From Octopus bimaculoides (lineage: Eukaryota): DNA of 64,000 nucleotides. A model generated the notes under the pieces. That model saw only the letters and a program-made list of their open reading frames with translations, was not told the DNA's origin and did no database searches. The translations under genes and the position numbers were made by a program. Below, in pieces: positions 1 through 13,321 of this stretch; the first letter of the stretch is position 1; each line of letters opens with the position of its first letter. The DNA lies in NCBI RefSeq assembly GCF_001194135.2, contig NC_068997.1, forward strand, positions 54,106,159-54,170,158, given 5' to 3'.

Positions 1-519
1 TATGTATGCAGATCCTTTTTGCCTTTGTACATATCGTCATACATCATATAATCACATTGTATTCTAACTCTGTTTTCATTGTGTTTCTGTCACATTTACT
101 AGAACTTGTAATTATATTTCTACAATAAAATAATACCAGTTATCCAATGAAGTCCTTGAAATCCTACTTCACCGTTTCTCTAAATTAGCGACCTCCTTAT
201 CTCTACACAAAGATTTATTCTTCTAAATATCAACAATCTATAATCATTACGAAATAAACCTACATGTTTGTCCTCTAGAAGTCTTAGTTTCCAAACACCT
301 TGATTCAGCTTATAAAAGTGAAGATTTGAAAGATGCATCTCTTTCTGTGATTTATCAAAACTTTTCACGAATTAAACATGAAACCAATATTTGCTTCAGA
401 CATTCAGTCGCCAACAATTTCCAATGACAGTTTGGCGTACCTCGACTAGTAACGAGGTGCGCAGTAAATATATTAAAATAATATTCAATAAATATGAATT
501 TAAATTTTAAATTTAGTTT

Positions 520-720
520 ATTGGTTTCAAATTTTGGCGCAAGTCCAACCATTTTAGGGGATGGGAAACGTCGATGACATCGATCCGATTGTTCAAAAGG
601 TAATCATTTCATCGACCGAAAGGATGAGAGGTAAAGTCAGCCTCGGCGAAATTTGAGCTCTGAGATGCCGTTAGATATTTTGCCCGGTGGCGTAACAATT
701 CCGCAAGCATGCCGCCTTAA
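520..720 (-). mobile_element. SINE-A copy (tRNA-derived SINE), diverged
   Basis: Its reverse complement matches the window-wide consensus ggcgagctggcagaatcgttagc...gagttcaaattccgccgaggtcgactttgcctttcatcctttcggggtcgat...agtaccag, which is clearest at 20498-20924. Confidence 0.8.
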
Positions 721-1050
721 TTTTAATTATAATTTATTAATAACTATGCTGTACAATTCACGATTGTATGCAAAAATAAATAAAAAGATAAATAAAATGG
801 AAAAAATAAGAAAAAGCATCAAATATTCATTTGTTTTACATCACGCGTAAAATAAAAATCGTTTCGAAACTTTAGGATTAAGGTAAGATAAATACCACAG
901 AGCTGTCAAATCTTGGAAACCATTTAACTTATTTCTGCATCAAAATTCCCTTCATGTTTTCTTCAGGAATTTAATGACTTTAGGGATGAGAAGAGCGGAT
1001 CTCTGAGGATAGGATCAACTGTCACCCATTTGATATATCTATATTAGTAT

Positions 1051-1180
1051 TCCACCGCGATCGACTTTGTCTTTCATCCTTTCGGGTCAATATATTAAGT
1101 ACCAGTTGCGCACTGGGGGTTGATGGAATCAATTTACCCACTGCCCCGACATTGCTGGCCTTATGTCAAAATTTGAATCG
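1051..1180 (+). mobile_element. SINE-A copy, 5'-truncated
   Basis: Contains ttccaccgcgatcgactttgtctttcatcctttcgggtcaatatattaagtaccagttgcgcactgggg, the central SINE-A block. Confidence 0.8.
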
Positions 1181-1628
1181 CTGTTAGTAAATTACTATTT
1201 TTTATTACTATATTACTATAACACTATGCTGGTACAGTACTATGTTAGTATGTTACTTATGGACTGACCCCCTCCAGATTACCTTGCTTCTTCAGTTTCT
1301 TTAGCATGCGTCTGTTAACTAAAGATTTCTCACCCTCACACGATGGTGCTACCTATTTTTTAATATATGCGAGAACCTTCGTAAATCAAATCTCCACATC
1401 ACTTTAACGGTCCAATTTCACTCACTCATTTTCTCGTTCTCTCTCGAAGTCTGTCAAATGTTTTATAACATAAACTTTCTCTGTATTGAATGTTATACAG
1501 ACAATGAATTTTTTGCTTTTTAAATAACGAAAACCGAAAGATTTGAAACCTTATTTCATTGGGTGTAAATCTGTCTCATCGTATTATCAAGAATTTCCGA
1601 CTTTTGCCGTTTCGTGTGCCTGCCTTAC

Positions 1629-1686
1629 CATGCAAACAGATAATAATATCTATTAATGTCTTCGATATTCCATTCACTATTTAAAC
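1629..1686 (-). CDS. Candidate internal exon (58 nt, phase 1 to 2), GLNSEWNIEDINRYYYLFAW
   Basis: Minus strand has acceptor gtgtccctatag, donor ATG|gtaagg and one open frame. It is phase-compatible with 8191-8280. No homology recognised. Confidence 0.25.
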
Positions 1687-2207
1687 CTATAGGGACACTT
1701 TCTTTAATATGCTGTGCAGATTCTTGTCTCCCTCACTGAGAGCCAAATGCTGATTGCTTCATATATATTTATACCTTAAATTTGATTCATGATTTCCAGT
1801 ACTAATTTTCATTAAACTGTTAATTTCCCTATGACAGTATCACTGCAAACAATTATAACAACATCAAGTGTTTACATATTGGAATATTTATGTATGTGAA
1901 ATTCTCATGCTGACCGAGAAGAAAATATGATACGAGACTGTTATTATGCAGTCTGCTATCAGTTCTTTGAGGCTTCAACTAATCTTGCAACCGATTTTCT
2001 CATGAGTTTCCTCCTGTAATTTAATAAACGAAAATTGACACTTATCATAAGGACACAGGAACTGAGTCGCACTAGAATATTTCTTCATTCAAAGAATTAG
2101 GTACTTCGCAAGCGATAGCCTTATTTTTCCATATTTGTTTTCCATCAAAGACATCCTCTCATAAGCAATGATCCTCGTTTCCATAGTCTCATCTATCAAA
2201 TGAACCA

Positions 2208-2262
<55 letters not shown>

Positions 2263-3177
2263 AGTGTATACATACACACACATGTATGTATGCATTATGT
2301 ATGCATANNNNNNNNNNNNNNNNNNNNNNNNNNNNNNNNNNNNNNNNNNNNNNNNNNNNNNNNNNNNNNNNNNNNNNNNNNNNNNNNNNNNNNNNNNNNN
2401 NNNNNNNNNNNNNNNNNNNNNNNNNNNNNNNNNNNNNNNNNNNNNNNNNNNNNNNNNNNNNNNNNNNNNNNNNNNNNNNNNNNNNNNNNNNNNNNNNNNN
2501 NNNNNNNNNNNNNNNNNNNNNNNNNNNNNNNNNNNNNNNNNNNNNNNNNNNNNNNNNNNNNNNNNNNNNNNNNNNNNNNNNNNNNNNNNNNNNNNNNNNN
2601 NNNNNNNNNNNNNNNNNNNNNNNNNNNNNNNNNNNNNNNNNNNNNNNNNNNNNNNNNNNNNNNNNNNNNNNNNNNNNNNNNNNNNNNNNNNNNNNNNNNN
2701 NNNNNNNNNNNNNNNNNNNNNNNNNNNNNNNNNNNNNNNNNNNNNNNNNNNNNNNNNNNNNNNNNNNNNNNNNNNNNNNNNNNNNNNNNNNNNNNNNNNN
2801 NNNNNNNNNNNNNNNNNNNNNNNNNNNNNNNNNNNNNNNNNNNNNNNNNNNNNNNNNNNNNNNNNNNNNNNNNNNNNNNNNNNNNNNNNNNNNNNNNNNN
2901 NNNNNNNNNNNNNNNNNNNNNNNNNNNNNNNNNNNNNNNNNNNNNNNNNNNNNNNNNNNNNNNNNNNNNNNNNNNNNNNNNNNNNNNNNNNNNNNNNNNN
3001 NNNNNNNNNNNNNNNNNNNNNNNNNNNNNNNNNNNNNNNNNNNNNNNNNNNNNNNNNNNNNNNNNNNNNNNNNNNNNNNNNNNNNNNNNNNNNNNNNNNN
3101 NNNNNNNNNNNNNNNNNNNNNNNNNNNNNNNNNNNNNNNNNNNNNNNNNNNNNNNNNNNNNNNNNNNNNNNNNNNNN

Positions 3178-3239
<62 letters not shown>

Positions 3240-3365
3240 TATCATCGTTGTTGTTATTGTTGATGATGTTACTATTACCATTATTCGTATCAATATCCTC
3301 GTCTTCGTCGTCGTCATCAACTTCCTCCCTCTCCACCTCTTCATCCTCTCCTTCATCATCATCAT
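3178..3365. repeat. (ATC)n microsatellite grading into a degenerate trinucleotide tract
   Basis: Pure (ATC)n directly after the 2308-3177 gap, then degenerate TCA/TCG/TCC triplets. This produces the poly-D/H/I/S ORFs in the track. Confidence 0.95.
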
Positions 3366-3745
3366 TATTATTGGCATACCTTTGTTTTATCATTTTCTCT
3401 TCATTAACAGGTGTTTCGTTATTCTTCTTCTCAACCCAAACACATTATATTTCTGATTTCTCTCTTCATTTAAAATTCAATAACTGAGAATATCTTCTGT
3501 TCATAGAATTACACTGCGTCATTTTAACGATTTTATATTTCGTGATGCCATTGTCCAGTTGGAAATTCTTCGTCAATCCTAAAGAGTTCTGTTTATTGCG
3601 TTAACATCTGTAAACTGTGTCAATTCACCCAGCATCAATAGAATTCATATTGCGGTCTATAACCATCTATTATATTAAAATATACATAAAAAAAAAATAA
3701 CAGAGCAAAGCCGTTTAGTGAGTGCTTGTCATAATATACTTTTCT

Positions 3746-3951
3746 ATTCTAGGTACAAGGCACGACATTTTGGGGGAGGGGACCGTTCGATTAGATCGAC
3801 CCCAGTACGCAACTGCTATTTAATTTATCAACCCCTAAAGGATGAAAGGTAGAGGCGACTTCGGTGGAATTTGAACTCAGAACGTAAAGAGAGACGAAAT
3901 ACCGCTAAGCTTTTCTCTCGACGTGCTAACATTTCTGCCGGCTCGTCGCCT
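3746..3951 (-). mobile_element. SINE-A copy, near full length monomer
   Basis: Reverse complement has the head (aggcgacgagccggcagaaatgttagcacg), B-box-like gagttcaaattcc, the central block and the tail ...ccttgtacctagaat. Confidence 0.9.
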
Positions 3952-4459
3952 GATTGTCGAAATATAGCCATAAACCTGCCTTTCACCAAACATTTTCTCC
4001 CATAACATAATTTTGGTCTCTGCTTGAAGCTGAATCTGTATGTCTTCCTCTTTTATCTTTTTGTATACATATATATATATATATATATGTATACATTATG
4101 TCATGTATGTATATGTGCATATATATGTATGTATTTATGTGTATGTGGTATGGAAGTTCGTCTCTAAATTAGTTATATATATATATATGTATATATATNN
4201 NNNNNNNNNNNNNNNNNNNNNNNNNNNNNNNNNNNNNNNNNNNNNNNNNNNNNNNNNNNNNNNNNNNNNNNNNNNNNNNNNNNNNNNNNNNNNNNNNNNN
4301 NNNNNNNNNNNNNNNNNNNNNNNNNNNNNNNNNNNNNNNNNNNNNNNNNNNNNNNNNNNNNNNNNNNNNNNNNNNNNNNNNNNNNNNNNNNNNNNNNNNN
4401 NNNNNNNNNNNNNNNNNNNNNNNNNNNNNNNNNNNNNNNNNNNNNNNNNNNNNNNGTAG

Positions 4460-4488
4460 AATTTACAAAGCAGATTATTCATTATGAG
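4460..4488 (+). CDS. Candidate exon or exon 3' end, (E)FTKQIIHYE, ending in phase 0
   Basis: Donor GAG|gtatgc at 4488/4489 and only one open frame. The 5' context is hidden in gap 4199-4455, with a possible AG at 4458-4459. Confidence 0.2.
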
Positions 4489-4605
4489 GTATGCTTAGTT
4501 AGAATTGATAGACAACGTCTCTGCATAATACTGGATCCATGTTATAAAACGTTAACGGCTCGATTCAAGTTGATGAATATTGATCGAATTACCCCCGTCT
4601 CAGTG

Positions 4606-4698
<93 letters not shown>

Positions 4699-5236
4699 CA
4701 CAGACGGATATAGATATATACATATATGATATACAGAAATGTATACACACATACATGTATAGTGCTTATTACCTGCTACCGTCGTACCATCGTACCATCG
4801 ATTTGGAAAGACACTGTAACTATCAACTGAATTTCTGCAGGCAATATTTATTTGCTTCATGTTTTCTTTTGATAACATCATGTGAGTGATAGTGTGTACG
4901 AGTGTGCGTACGGGCGTGACGTGTATGTATGTGTGCGTGTATGTATGCGTGTGTGTGCGTGTATGTATGCGTGTGTGTGCGTGTGTGTGTCTATGTATTC
5001 ATCTACCTATGTATGTACGTTTATCCATATCCAGATGTACATATATGTGCGTGAGTATATGCATATGTATATACACATACATACATAATGTATATGTGTA
5101 CATATTTACACACGCATGTAAATGTGCATATATATATATATATATATATATCTACACACGTACACATATATTCACGTTTCTATAAGTTTCACGCCTGTAA
5201 CATGTAATGACATTTTCCAATTACGGAGCAAATTAA

Positions 5237-5237
<1 letters not shown>

Positions 5238-5308
<71 letters not shown>

Positions 5309-5323
5309 CATTATTATTATTAT
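5238..5323. repeat. (ATT)n microsatellite
   Basis: Long near-perfect ATT run read directly. Confidence 0.97.
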
Positions 5324-5949
5324 TGCTGCCATTATTTCCTTATTTCTTGAATTTTTATATACATTCTTCCTTTATGACAAGAGGAAATGAATATTAAATT
5401 CATGGCCCGAGGATTAAAGTGTATAATTCATTTTAAATCTCTTTATATTTTTATTAATCTGTCTACAAGACATAGAAGAACTTGGCGCGAAAATAGACAC
5501 ATTGTAATAGATGAAGAAAAACTTGTGTTTAAAGCAACAGATTCATTTATTATGTGCTCGTTTCCTTAGTGCGTACGTACTGTGGTGCTTTCTTTCTGTG
5601 GTGAAGTTTGTGTTTAGTGAGATATAAGATGGAAATTCATTCATAGTTTCTTCCGAACAATAATGCATTTTTGATATTTGAATAACGATAGTAATGTACG
5701 AAGTAGTTTGAAATATTGCTTGGTCTAACTAAAGAGCAGTCATTTGCATATGAATCTAATTTGTGTCACAGGCAACATTTTGGGATTTTGCCGACAACTT
5801 GTTAATAACCAGTATCGTGTGAAGATAGGTGACAAGGATTTATTAATAGCGAAATACACGGACGGATCTAGATTACAATGACCACTTTCTTTAGTCACAA
5901 GGTTTCTAGCAATTGATATTTTCATATTTATATCTATAGATATATCTCA

Positions 5950-5999
<50 letters not shown>

Positions 6000-6684
6000 C
6001 CCAAAAAAAAACACACATGCACTTCATTTCTCATCCCAGATGTACCAAGTTTCCCTGTGGCAGGCTTGATAATTGTCGAGCGATTTCTCTCAGCATGACA
6101 CCAATGGTAGCCTAGTTAACCTACAAATGAGGAATAAATTCACTAAAGTAGGTACTGGATGTGCAGGAAGTTGATATGAACACCATACCTTGCTAGCCAC
6201 TGATAACTACCAATGAAAATCATGTGGTATACGACAATCTACACAGATAAGAAGCTGCAGCATATCATTCGCCTACAGAATGAGACCAAACAATGAATTT
6301 TCATTGACATAATTGTATCTGCTGATTAGAAGTTTGTTTAGAGAATGAGAAAAAACGCAAGGTATGAACTGATGCGTATTGACAGAACCTCAAGAGCGAG
6401 CTTGATATCCACGATGATGGGTGCGCTCAGGACAATGTCATGGAAGATAGAATACCTGGCATGAGAACTTAGAACTAGCAGACTTCAGTGGTGAAAGTTC
6501 AATGGCGGCCACACTAAGAACGGCGAATGTGTCGAGGAAAATGTTATGTCGCCAAGCTGCAGGAATGGACTGAGAAATGGTACAGATAACCGGAACTACA
6601 TCAAAGGAGGAGAGAATTGTGATAGTATTAATACGAACAATACTAGTCACGGGACCCCGTGATCGACCAGACTGTCGCATGAGG

Positions 6685-6912
6685 TTATACATCACTGGTC
6701 ACAATGCGCTTTGCATTGTTTTACCAACATTGCCCCCTGGATCAGAAGGCTGCTCCGTCACAGGGGTGACCCCTTTACAACTGAGTGAAATGGCGCAACG
6801 TGAAATGAAGTGTCTTGCTCAAGCGCCTAAAACCCAGTTGATCTGGGAATCGAACTCAGGATCTCACAACCGTGAATGCAAAATGCTTAACTCCTAGGCC
6901 ACCCGCCTTCAC
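6685..6912 (-). mobile_element. SINE-D copy (tRNA head, CORE-like segment, distinct tail)
   Basis: Reverse complement starts gtgaaggcgggtggcctaggagttaagc...gagttcgattccc and continues ...ttgagcaagacacttcatttcacgttg...ccatttcactcagttgtaaa. Its tail (gcagccttctgatccagggggc...) differs from the copies at 42766 and 49872. Confidence 0.8.
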
Positions 6913-6957
6913 AATATTACGAATTGAATGTTATCACTAATGATAATCTGTTCTCTT

Positions 6958-7135
6958 GTCCTCACAGGACCTGAAATTTTGTTGGGGGTCGGGGTGCTTG
7001 ACGATTGCCATGTTCAACTTATTTCATTTACCCCGGAAAAATGAATGACAGAAATCGATTTCAGTGGAATTTGAACTCAGAACGCAAAGCCAGGAGATAT
7101 ACCACGAAGTAGTTTGTCTGGCGTGTTTACAATTC
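6958..7135 (-). mobile_element. SINE-A copy, diverged
   Basis: Contains acaggacctgaaattttgttggggg and tcgatttcagtggaatttgaactcagaacg, the reverse complement of the SINE-A tail and B-box region. Confidence 0.7.
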
Positions 7136-8190
7136 CCCCAGATTGGGTATATGAGCCTTTAAATAGAATCTTAATGAAAGAAAATAATCGGTTGTTGTTG
7201 TACTTGTACTTGCAGTAGTTGTCTGTGCGCACGCACGTGTGTGATATAACTTTGTAAGGAAAGAATGAAGCGTATGTGTACATTCTGAGAAGTCCTACTT
7301 TGTGCTCACAGAAACGTTTAGCGTGATGGCTGTTAAGTTTCGTGTATTGGACATATACAATATTCCATTCATAATCATTTCAATTTAAGTGAAATTTGTT
7401 ATAATGTAAAGAAGGTATGGACGATCACAATTTCTATGGGACGACATTATCCCTGAAACCAGAAGAAATATTACTTATTTTATTGTGTCGACAATAGACT
7501 GTTCCTTCCCATTGTTCGAAGTTCTTTGGGATCCTTCCTTTACACGGAATCAGAGTTGAAGTGATATTCTTAATAGAAAATCTGCTTCGCTCTGATACAA
7601 ATTTGGACGCTCCTGGCTCTCTAACTAAATTAACTTCATTTGTACAACAAATGCTCTCGGGAAAGATAACTCCGTAACACACATTTCATATTTCTCCTGT
7701 TTTATTATACACAGCATATGAGCCTTGTCAGAAAGATCTTCTGATATTAATTATTAATTCCCTCCTGACTAGGACCTCAAGTTTTACCCCACGTTTTACT
7801 CAAATTATTCCAGTAGTCGCGTATAAGAATGCACAAATGCTATGTCCTTTCAAAATGTAATATTCTAGCCTGTCAAGAGGGAGAAACAGGGTTCGATCCC
7901 TTCTAAACTTTGATGTTTATTGCGCAATACACTGCTAACATTCTCGAGATAGGAAGGAACGAGAAAGCTGCATATTTTTATTTACTCCCGCTAAAGCCAG
8001 GCTATTTCGTCTACTGAAAAACATATATCTATATATCTATAAGTTAAATAAGTGTTAACAAATAACGAATATTAAGTGACGATGGAGAAGAAAAGAATTA
8101 TATTGTATAATTATGAATAAAGTCTGGAAGTTTCAGTAAGAAAATGTAACTCCTCCCTCATCTATTCCGGATTCATAATCAACTACTTAC

Positions 8191-8280
8191 CTAGATACAA
8201 TGGCAAAAACGCATTGAAGAAAGAAGTGAGATCATATGACGTCATGCTTTTCTTAAAGACATCCGTAACGGAAGTTAAGT
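8191..8280 (-). CDS. Candidate internal exon (90 nt, phase 1 to 1), DLTSVTDVFKKSMTSYDLTSFFNAFLPLYL
   Basis: Minus strand has acceptor gcagttccttag, consensus donor TAG|gtaagt and a single open frame. The exon is symmetric. No confident homology. Confidence 0.3.
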
Positions 8281-8539
8281 CTAAGGAACTGCATCGAATC
8301 AGGAAACAAATTTATTTAACCGATTCTGTTCGCCAGCAGCTTTGCCTTTTGTTCTACGATGCTTGTCACAATTTTACAAGATTTCAATCTATGTGTGTAA
8401 TTTATAGAAAAGTTGAACAGATTTGAAAAAAATCATTGATTTGATTAATCTACTGCTGCAGACATTTACCAAAATTGCATCTCCAAAAACACGAGACCGG
8501 CTTCATTGTAACGATATGATTTTGTAACAAACATACTAT

Positions 8540-8562
8540 TATTATAATTATCGTTATTATAA

Positions 8563-8605
<43 letters not shown>

Positions 8606-8624
8606 CATAACTATTATTATCATG

Positions 8625-8655
<31 letters not shown>

Positions 8656-8670
8656 CGATTATCATCATCA
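8540..8670. repeat. Compound (ATT)n-(ATC)n microsatellite
   Basis: Read directly. Confidence 0.95.
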
Positions 8671-9025
8671 TGAAAACTCTCAAATCTATTTTGCTGGGTA
8701 TGATGGAAAATGTCAGGTACCCACAACCAGCAGACTGAGGTGATATTAGTTTATTGATCAGGCTCCAAGGACCCAAGAACCCTGCAGAGAGCTCTTGTAG
8801 ACTGGATTTGATCTGTTCCACTCCAACGATTTGTGCATATACATGTATAGTTGAAATTCATAAAGAAACAAAAGACGAAGACAGGTGTATGAAGAACAAG
8901 CAAGTGTAATAGTTTGATGCTCGGGAAAATGAAAATGTCGTTTACGTTTCGAGCCTCCGCTCTTCAACAGAATGGAATAAAAGAGAACAAAAAAACTTGT
9001 AGATTTCAGCGGCCCACCATGGCGA

Positions 9026-9081
<56 letters not shown>

Positions 9082-9599
9082 CCAACGATCTTCCATACTT
9101 TTCCCGTCATGAAATTCATTTAGGCATTGATCGACCTCAGGTTATATTAAAAGAAGATATTTGCCCAATGTGTCGCGCAGTAGTACTGAACCCGAAACCC
9201 GTTGACAGAAAGTGAGCTTCTTACCGTACACCAAACACTATTCCAACATTTCCGTGTTTCTATATAAATTAACTGCTTTATTTTTATTTGCTATCTGCTA
9301 TCAGATCATCCTGGTGTCGTCTGCACTTTTCAAATACATTAATATTGAATGATAAGCATACGTTACTTCTATTGCCATTTAAGTTGTTGATGTCGTTGTT
9401 GCTAAATTGCTGTAGCAGATTATTTTTCTTGTCTCAAATAAATTACTTCCTGGTTACTTTCTAAAGTTTTCCTCCATCTTGTTGATCGATTAGATGTTGG
9501 TCCACATTCGATGAGTTTGCAATGAGTGAACGGAGGAATTTAAATGTAAATAGGATTAAATTACTCTTCTAAATTAATCATATCGCTGAATCAATAATA

Positions 9600-9685
9600 A
9601 ATACATTATTATTATTGTTACTGTTGTTGTTGTTGTAGTTGTGTTGTTGAAGTCGACAACGACGAAGACGGCGATGATGATGATA

Positions 9686-9727
<42 letters not shown>

Positions 9728-9776
9728 GTGATGGTGATGGTGGTGATGATGATGATTACGATGAGGATCATCATCG

Positions 9777-9842
<66 letters not shown>

Positions 9843-9895
9843 GCAACCGCGCCACCAGTGTTATCACCATCATCATTATCATAATCATGATAAGC
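9600..9895. repeat. Compound trinucleotide array with head-to-head (GAT)n and (CAT)n blocks followed by (CAG)n
   Basis: (GAT)n at ~9673-9756, (CAT)n at ~9769-9820 and about 8 CAG units to 9843. Confidence 0.95.
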
Positions 9896-10106
9896 TCTCG
9901 TTGAATGAGCAGAATCGTAGGGGCAACGTGAAAAACCCCTCGCGGCATTTCTTTCGATAATTGAGGTTGTAATTTCACACCTCACCGGGGCAGTCCCTTC
10001 CTTTTACGGTCGATAATATACGAACCAATAAAGCAATGAAATCAATGTCACCTCTCGTGAACACTGCTGCCCCAGTACCGCACTTAGAAAGAAAATGAAG
10101 AAGAAT

Positions 10107-10167
<61 letters not shown>
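10107..10167. repeat. (TAG)n microsatellite
   Basis: About 20 perfect units read directly. Confidence 0.97.
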
Positions 10168-10168
<1 letters not shown>

Positions 10169-10558
10169 TTTTTGCTGTTGTTGGTGCTGTTATTGTTGTA
10201 GACGGATACTTTGCAACTTAAATAACAAGCTAAAGATCGTATTTTCCTCAACTCAAAATTCGAAATCTTTCGTTCGAGTTCTTGTGATTCTTACGACAAA
10301 CGCTCACCTCTGTGTAATTCTTTTTGCCCTGATTCTAATGCCATGAGGTAGATTTCAAAAGTAAGCGCACATCATAACTTCATGTGGCAACTTTACTGAG
10401 ACAGAATCTCTACAACCATTTTCTTATTATCGGTTTTTGCCTCTTTAGATTATATGTTGGAATATCCATTGTATAATGCAATATAGAATAGTACCACTTC
10501 ACCGAAAGAAAATTCAATAAGACAATTTCATCTTCTCTCTCTGTGTCTGTGGCTCTTA

Positions 10559-10592
<34 letters not shown>

Positions 10593-11632
10593 CTCTTTCT
10601 TTCTTTCTCTCCCTCCCGCCGAATCTTTCTCTATCTCCATCTCAATCTGTTCGCTTACGAAACACATCACTCTATTTCCTCCTCCTTTAGTTCTTAGGAA
10701 ACCTACTTTACACGTTGTAAACGTTTCATCAGAATAGTCACACAAACAAAGCAATGACAGTCGAAATAAAAGAGAAGGAAAGACGAAGTCACATACAAAT
10801 AAGCATTTCTGATACGTAGCAGCACACACAGATGATTCTAGTATTTGCACGGCCATTGTAGGCATTAACATACGGTTTATGAGTGAGAGCCATAACCAAA
10901 TATTAGAAGAATCAGAAATAATATATACAGTATTTTCCATTAAATACGAATTGAGTAAATAGATTTGCCCCCAACTTGGTGACCTCAGCTCTTGGCGTTC
11001 GTAGCATTTGTCTGACCTTGTAACATTTCCACTGGTGGTTTTAATATCACAAAAGCATATCAGTGGATTCAAACTTGATATAATTTGACAGTTGACCTAA
11101 CTGCTACGGAGGCAGACGTCACTTCTGTTGCATCTCTATAGCAGCAATGCAATAATATAATGCTACAGTGAGAGCTTTTTCCTGGCATCGTAAAGTTCGT
11201 TTATTACTGATTATATTGACGTGGAAAAGTACTGACATTCTACTCAGTAATTATGGCTTTATCAAAACTTGGACATCTTATTTATATACGATATAAATAT
11301 ATTCTCTTACTTGTTATTCTGTGATGGTTAAATGATATTATGAACTCGCGGATTAAATTCTTAGCTTTTGATCTGTAAATTCATGTTTCATAATGATAAT
11401 GCTAAAAATTGTCTGTTTCTTTTTTTTTTTTTTTATTGAGATGCCACTTCATAGAGAGGTTTCNNNNNNNNNNTTCCTCTGTTTCAAGAAATATGAAAGA
11501 AAATATCTCTTGGATAAAACATTGGTGTTTCTGAAAGAATTACCCGGCAATATAACTAGTACCAATTACTGAGAACAGAGGGAACAGCGACCGTTTCAGA
11601 TTATTGTATATAGGTGATCGTTATCCGAACGA

Positions 11633-12066
11633 GCAGGCGTGATTGCATGGCAAGAATCTTGATCCCCAACCACACGGTTGTGGGTTCAGACCCACTACGT
11701 GGCTCGTTGGGCAAGTTTCATTAACTATAGCCTCGGGTCGACCAAAAAATTGGGAGTGGCTTCAGTAGACGGAAACTGAAAGAAGCCTGTCGTAGATATA
11801 TATATATATGTGTGTGTGTGTGTACGATTTTGTGTGTGTGTGTGCGTGTGTGTTTGCATCTGTGTTTTGTCCCCGAGCCTGCTTTACAACCAGTGTTGGT
11901 GTATTTACGTACCTGTAACTTAGCGGTTGGGCAAAAGGAGATGATAGAGTTCATATCAGGCTTAGCAAAATAAGTGCTGGGCTCGATTTGTTCGACTAGA
12001 ACCCTTCCTGGTGATGCCCCAGCGTGGCCGCTGTCGAATGCCTGAGACAAGTTTAAGTTAAAAGAT
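11633..12066 (+). mobile_element. SINE-B copy (tRNA head, CORE-like segment, internal (TA)/(TG) run), near full length
   Basis: Has gcaggcgtg...gggttcagacccactacgtggctcgttgggcaagt...gtagacggaaactgaaagaagcc, the internal microsatellite and the tail ccccagcgtggccgctgtcgaatg...aaaaga. It aligns by eye with 35837-36200 and the reverse complement of 62283-62530. Confidence 0.9.
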
Positions 12067-13169
12067 ATAACAAAAAAAATATCAAAATAAGCAATATACT
12101 ACATTATACACAAACAAATGACGGGGCCTCTATGTGCAAAACGGATGAAATGACGCTAAGCATTTTTGCCGGGCACGGTAACATTTCTGCCAACTCGCCG
12201 CCTTATTAACGAATATAATACTAAATGAAGCCATAGTTGTATTCTGTAGAGAGAGGATCTACGAATTGTATGAGTATACAGTTGCTTGTTTACTAGAAGT
12301 GTGTAGCCGCGCTACGTTAAGGCCACGTCCTGGTAGGTATTTCTGTTTTCAAGTGCCGTATCGCAGAAGTACATCGATAATAAGGGTAATTTATAGAAAA
12401 GTTTAGAGTTAGAGTTTAGATATTTCTAAAAAAATGTCTTACGTTTCACCTAGGAACGGGTTACAAATGTTTGATGTGAAAATCTTGTTGCAAGACATCA
12501 TGACGACTTAACGTATTGAAGATTACAAGAACTTCTCATTAAAGATATTTTATATAACTGACCGGATAATAAGACACAGAAAGAAACAGGTTGATAGAGA
12601 GAAAGACATGCAGGAAGAAACAGGTAGATAGAAAGACAGACATTTAGAGAGAACGAGAGATAAAGAAAAATAAGAGAAAAGAGGCAAAGTCAGGGTAATA
12701 AAAGTTTCATTTTCGTGTGCAAGCCAACACACTCACGATGAAAGATCAGCAAATCAGCGAAATATTTACAAATTTCACCCTACAGCCATCATTGTGCTTG
12801 CTTGTAAACCCACTTGTAGTATTTCACTACTTTCGTTTTCAAACATAACATTGGATATTCTATAGTTGTGTGATCAAATGTTGATGTTTCAGAAGGCCAT
12901 ATGCTTCAGTAGTTAGAGGACATCGAAAACCAGACTGACTTGAAACATCGATTAACTTCGTATTCGGGACTCTATTAAATTGATTAAACTCTCGGCGGAA
13001 GCAAGAGTTTTTGTTATTTCTTTATTTATTAGAATCCTGTTACTACACATCCTATAGTCTTCATCAAGTTTTGACAGAATTTTCAAAAATAAATCACTTA
13101 TATTTTGTGTGCAATTTGTGTGGGTGGGTGTAAGTGAATGAGTATGTACACACAAAGACACACACACAC

Positions 13170-13238
13170 ATACACACACATATACTCTTTTACTTGTTTC
13201 AGTCATTTGACTGCGGCCATGCTGGAGCACCGCCTTAC

Positions 13239-13269
<31 letters not shown>

Positions 13270-13281
13270 AATACATATATG

Positions 13282-13321
<40 letters not shown>

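Noticed and set aside
6370-6685. Possible RTE-type LINE 3' remnant (SRLQW...GH)
   Set aside because: It needs several frameshifts and has too few conserved residues to call.
7395-7420. miR-1-like (aatgtaaagaaggtatgg) and, at ~45540, miR-33-like (gtgcattgta) strings
   Set aside because: These are partial matches only, with no complementary star arm or pre-miRNA hairpin.
8191-8280. Resemblance of MTSYDLTSFFNAFLPLYL to the exportin-6 C-terminal segment (MASVDFDGFFAAFLPEFL, from memory)
   Set aside because: The match is short, the flanking residues and neighbouring candidate exons do not continue it, and a true orthologue should be more similar. No gene symbol assigned.
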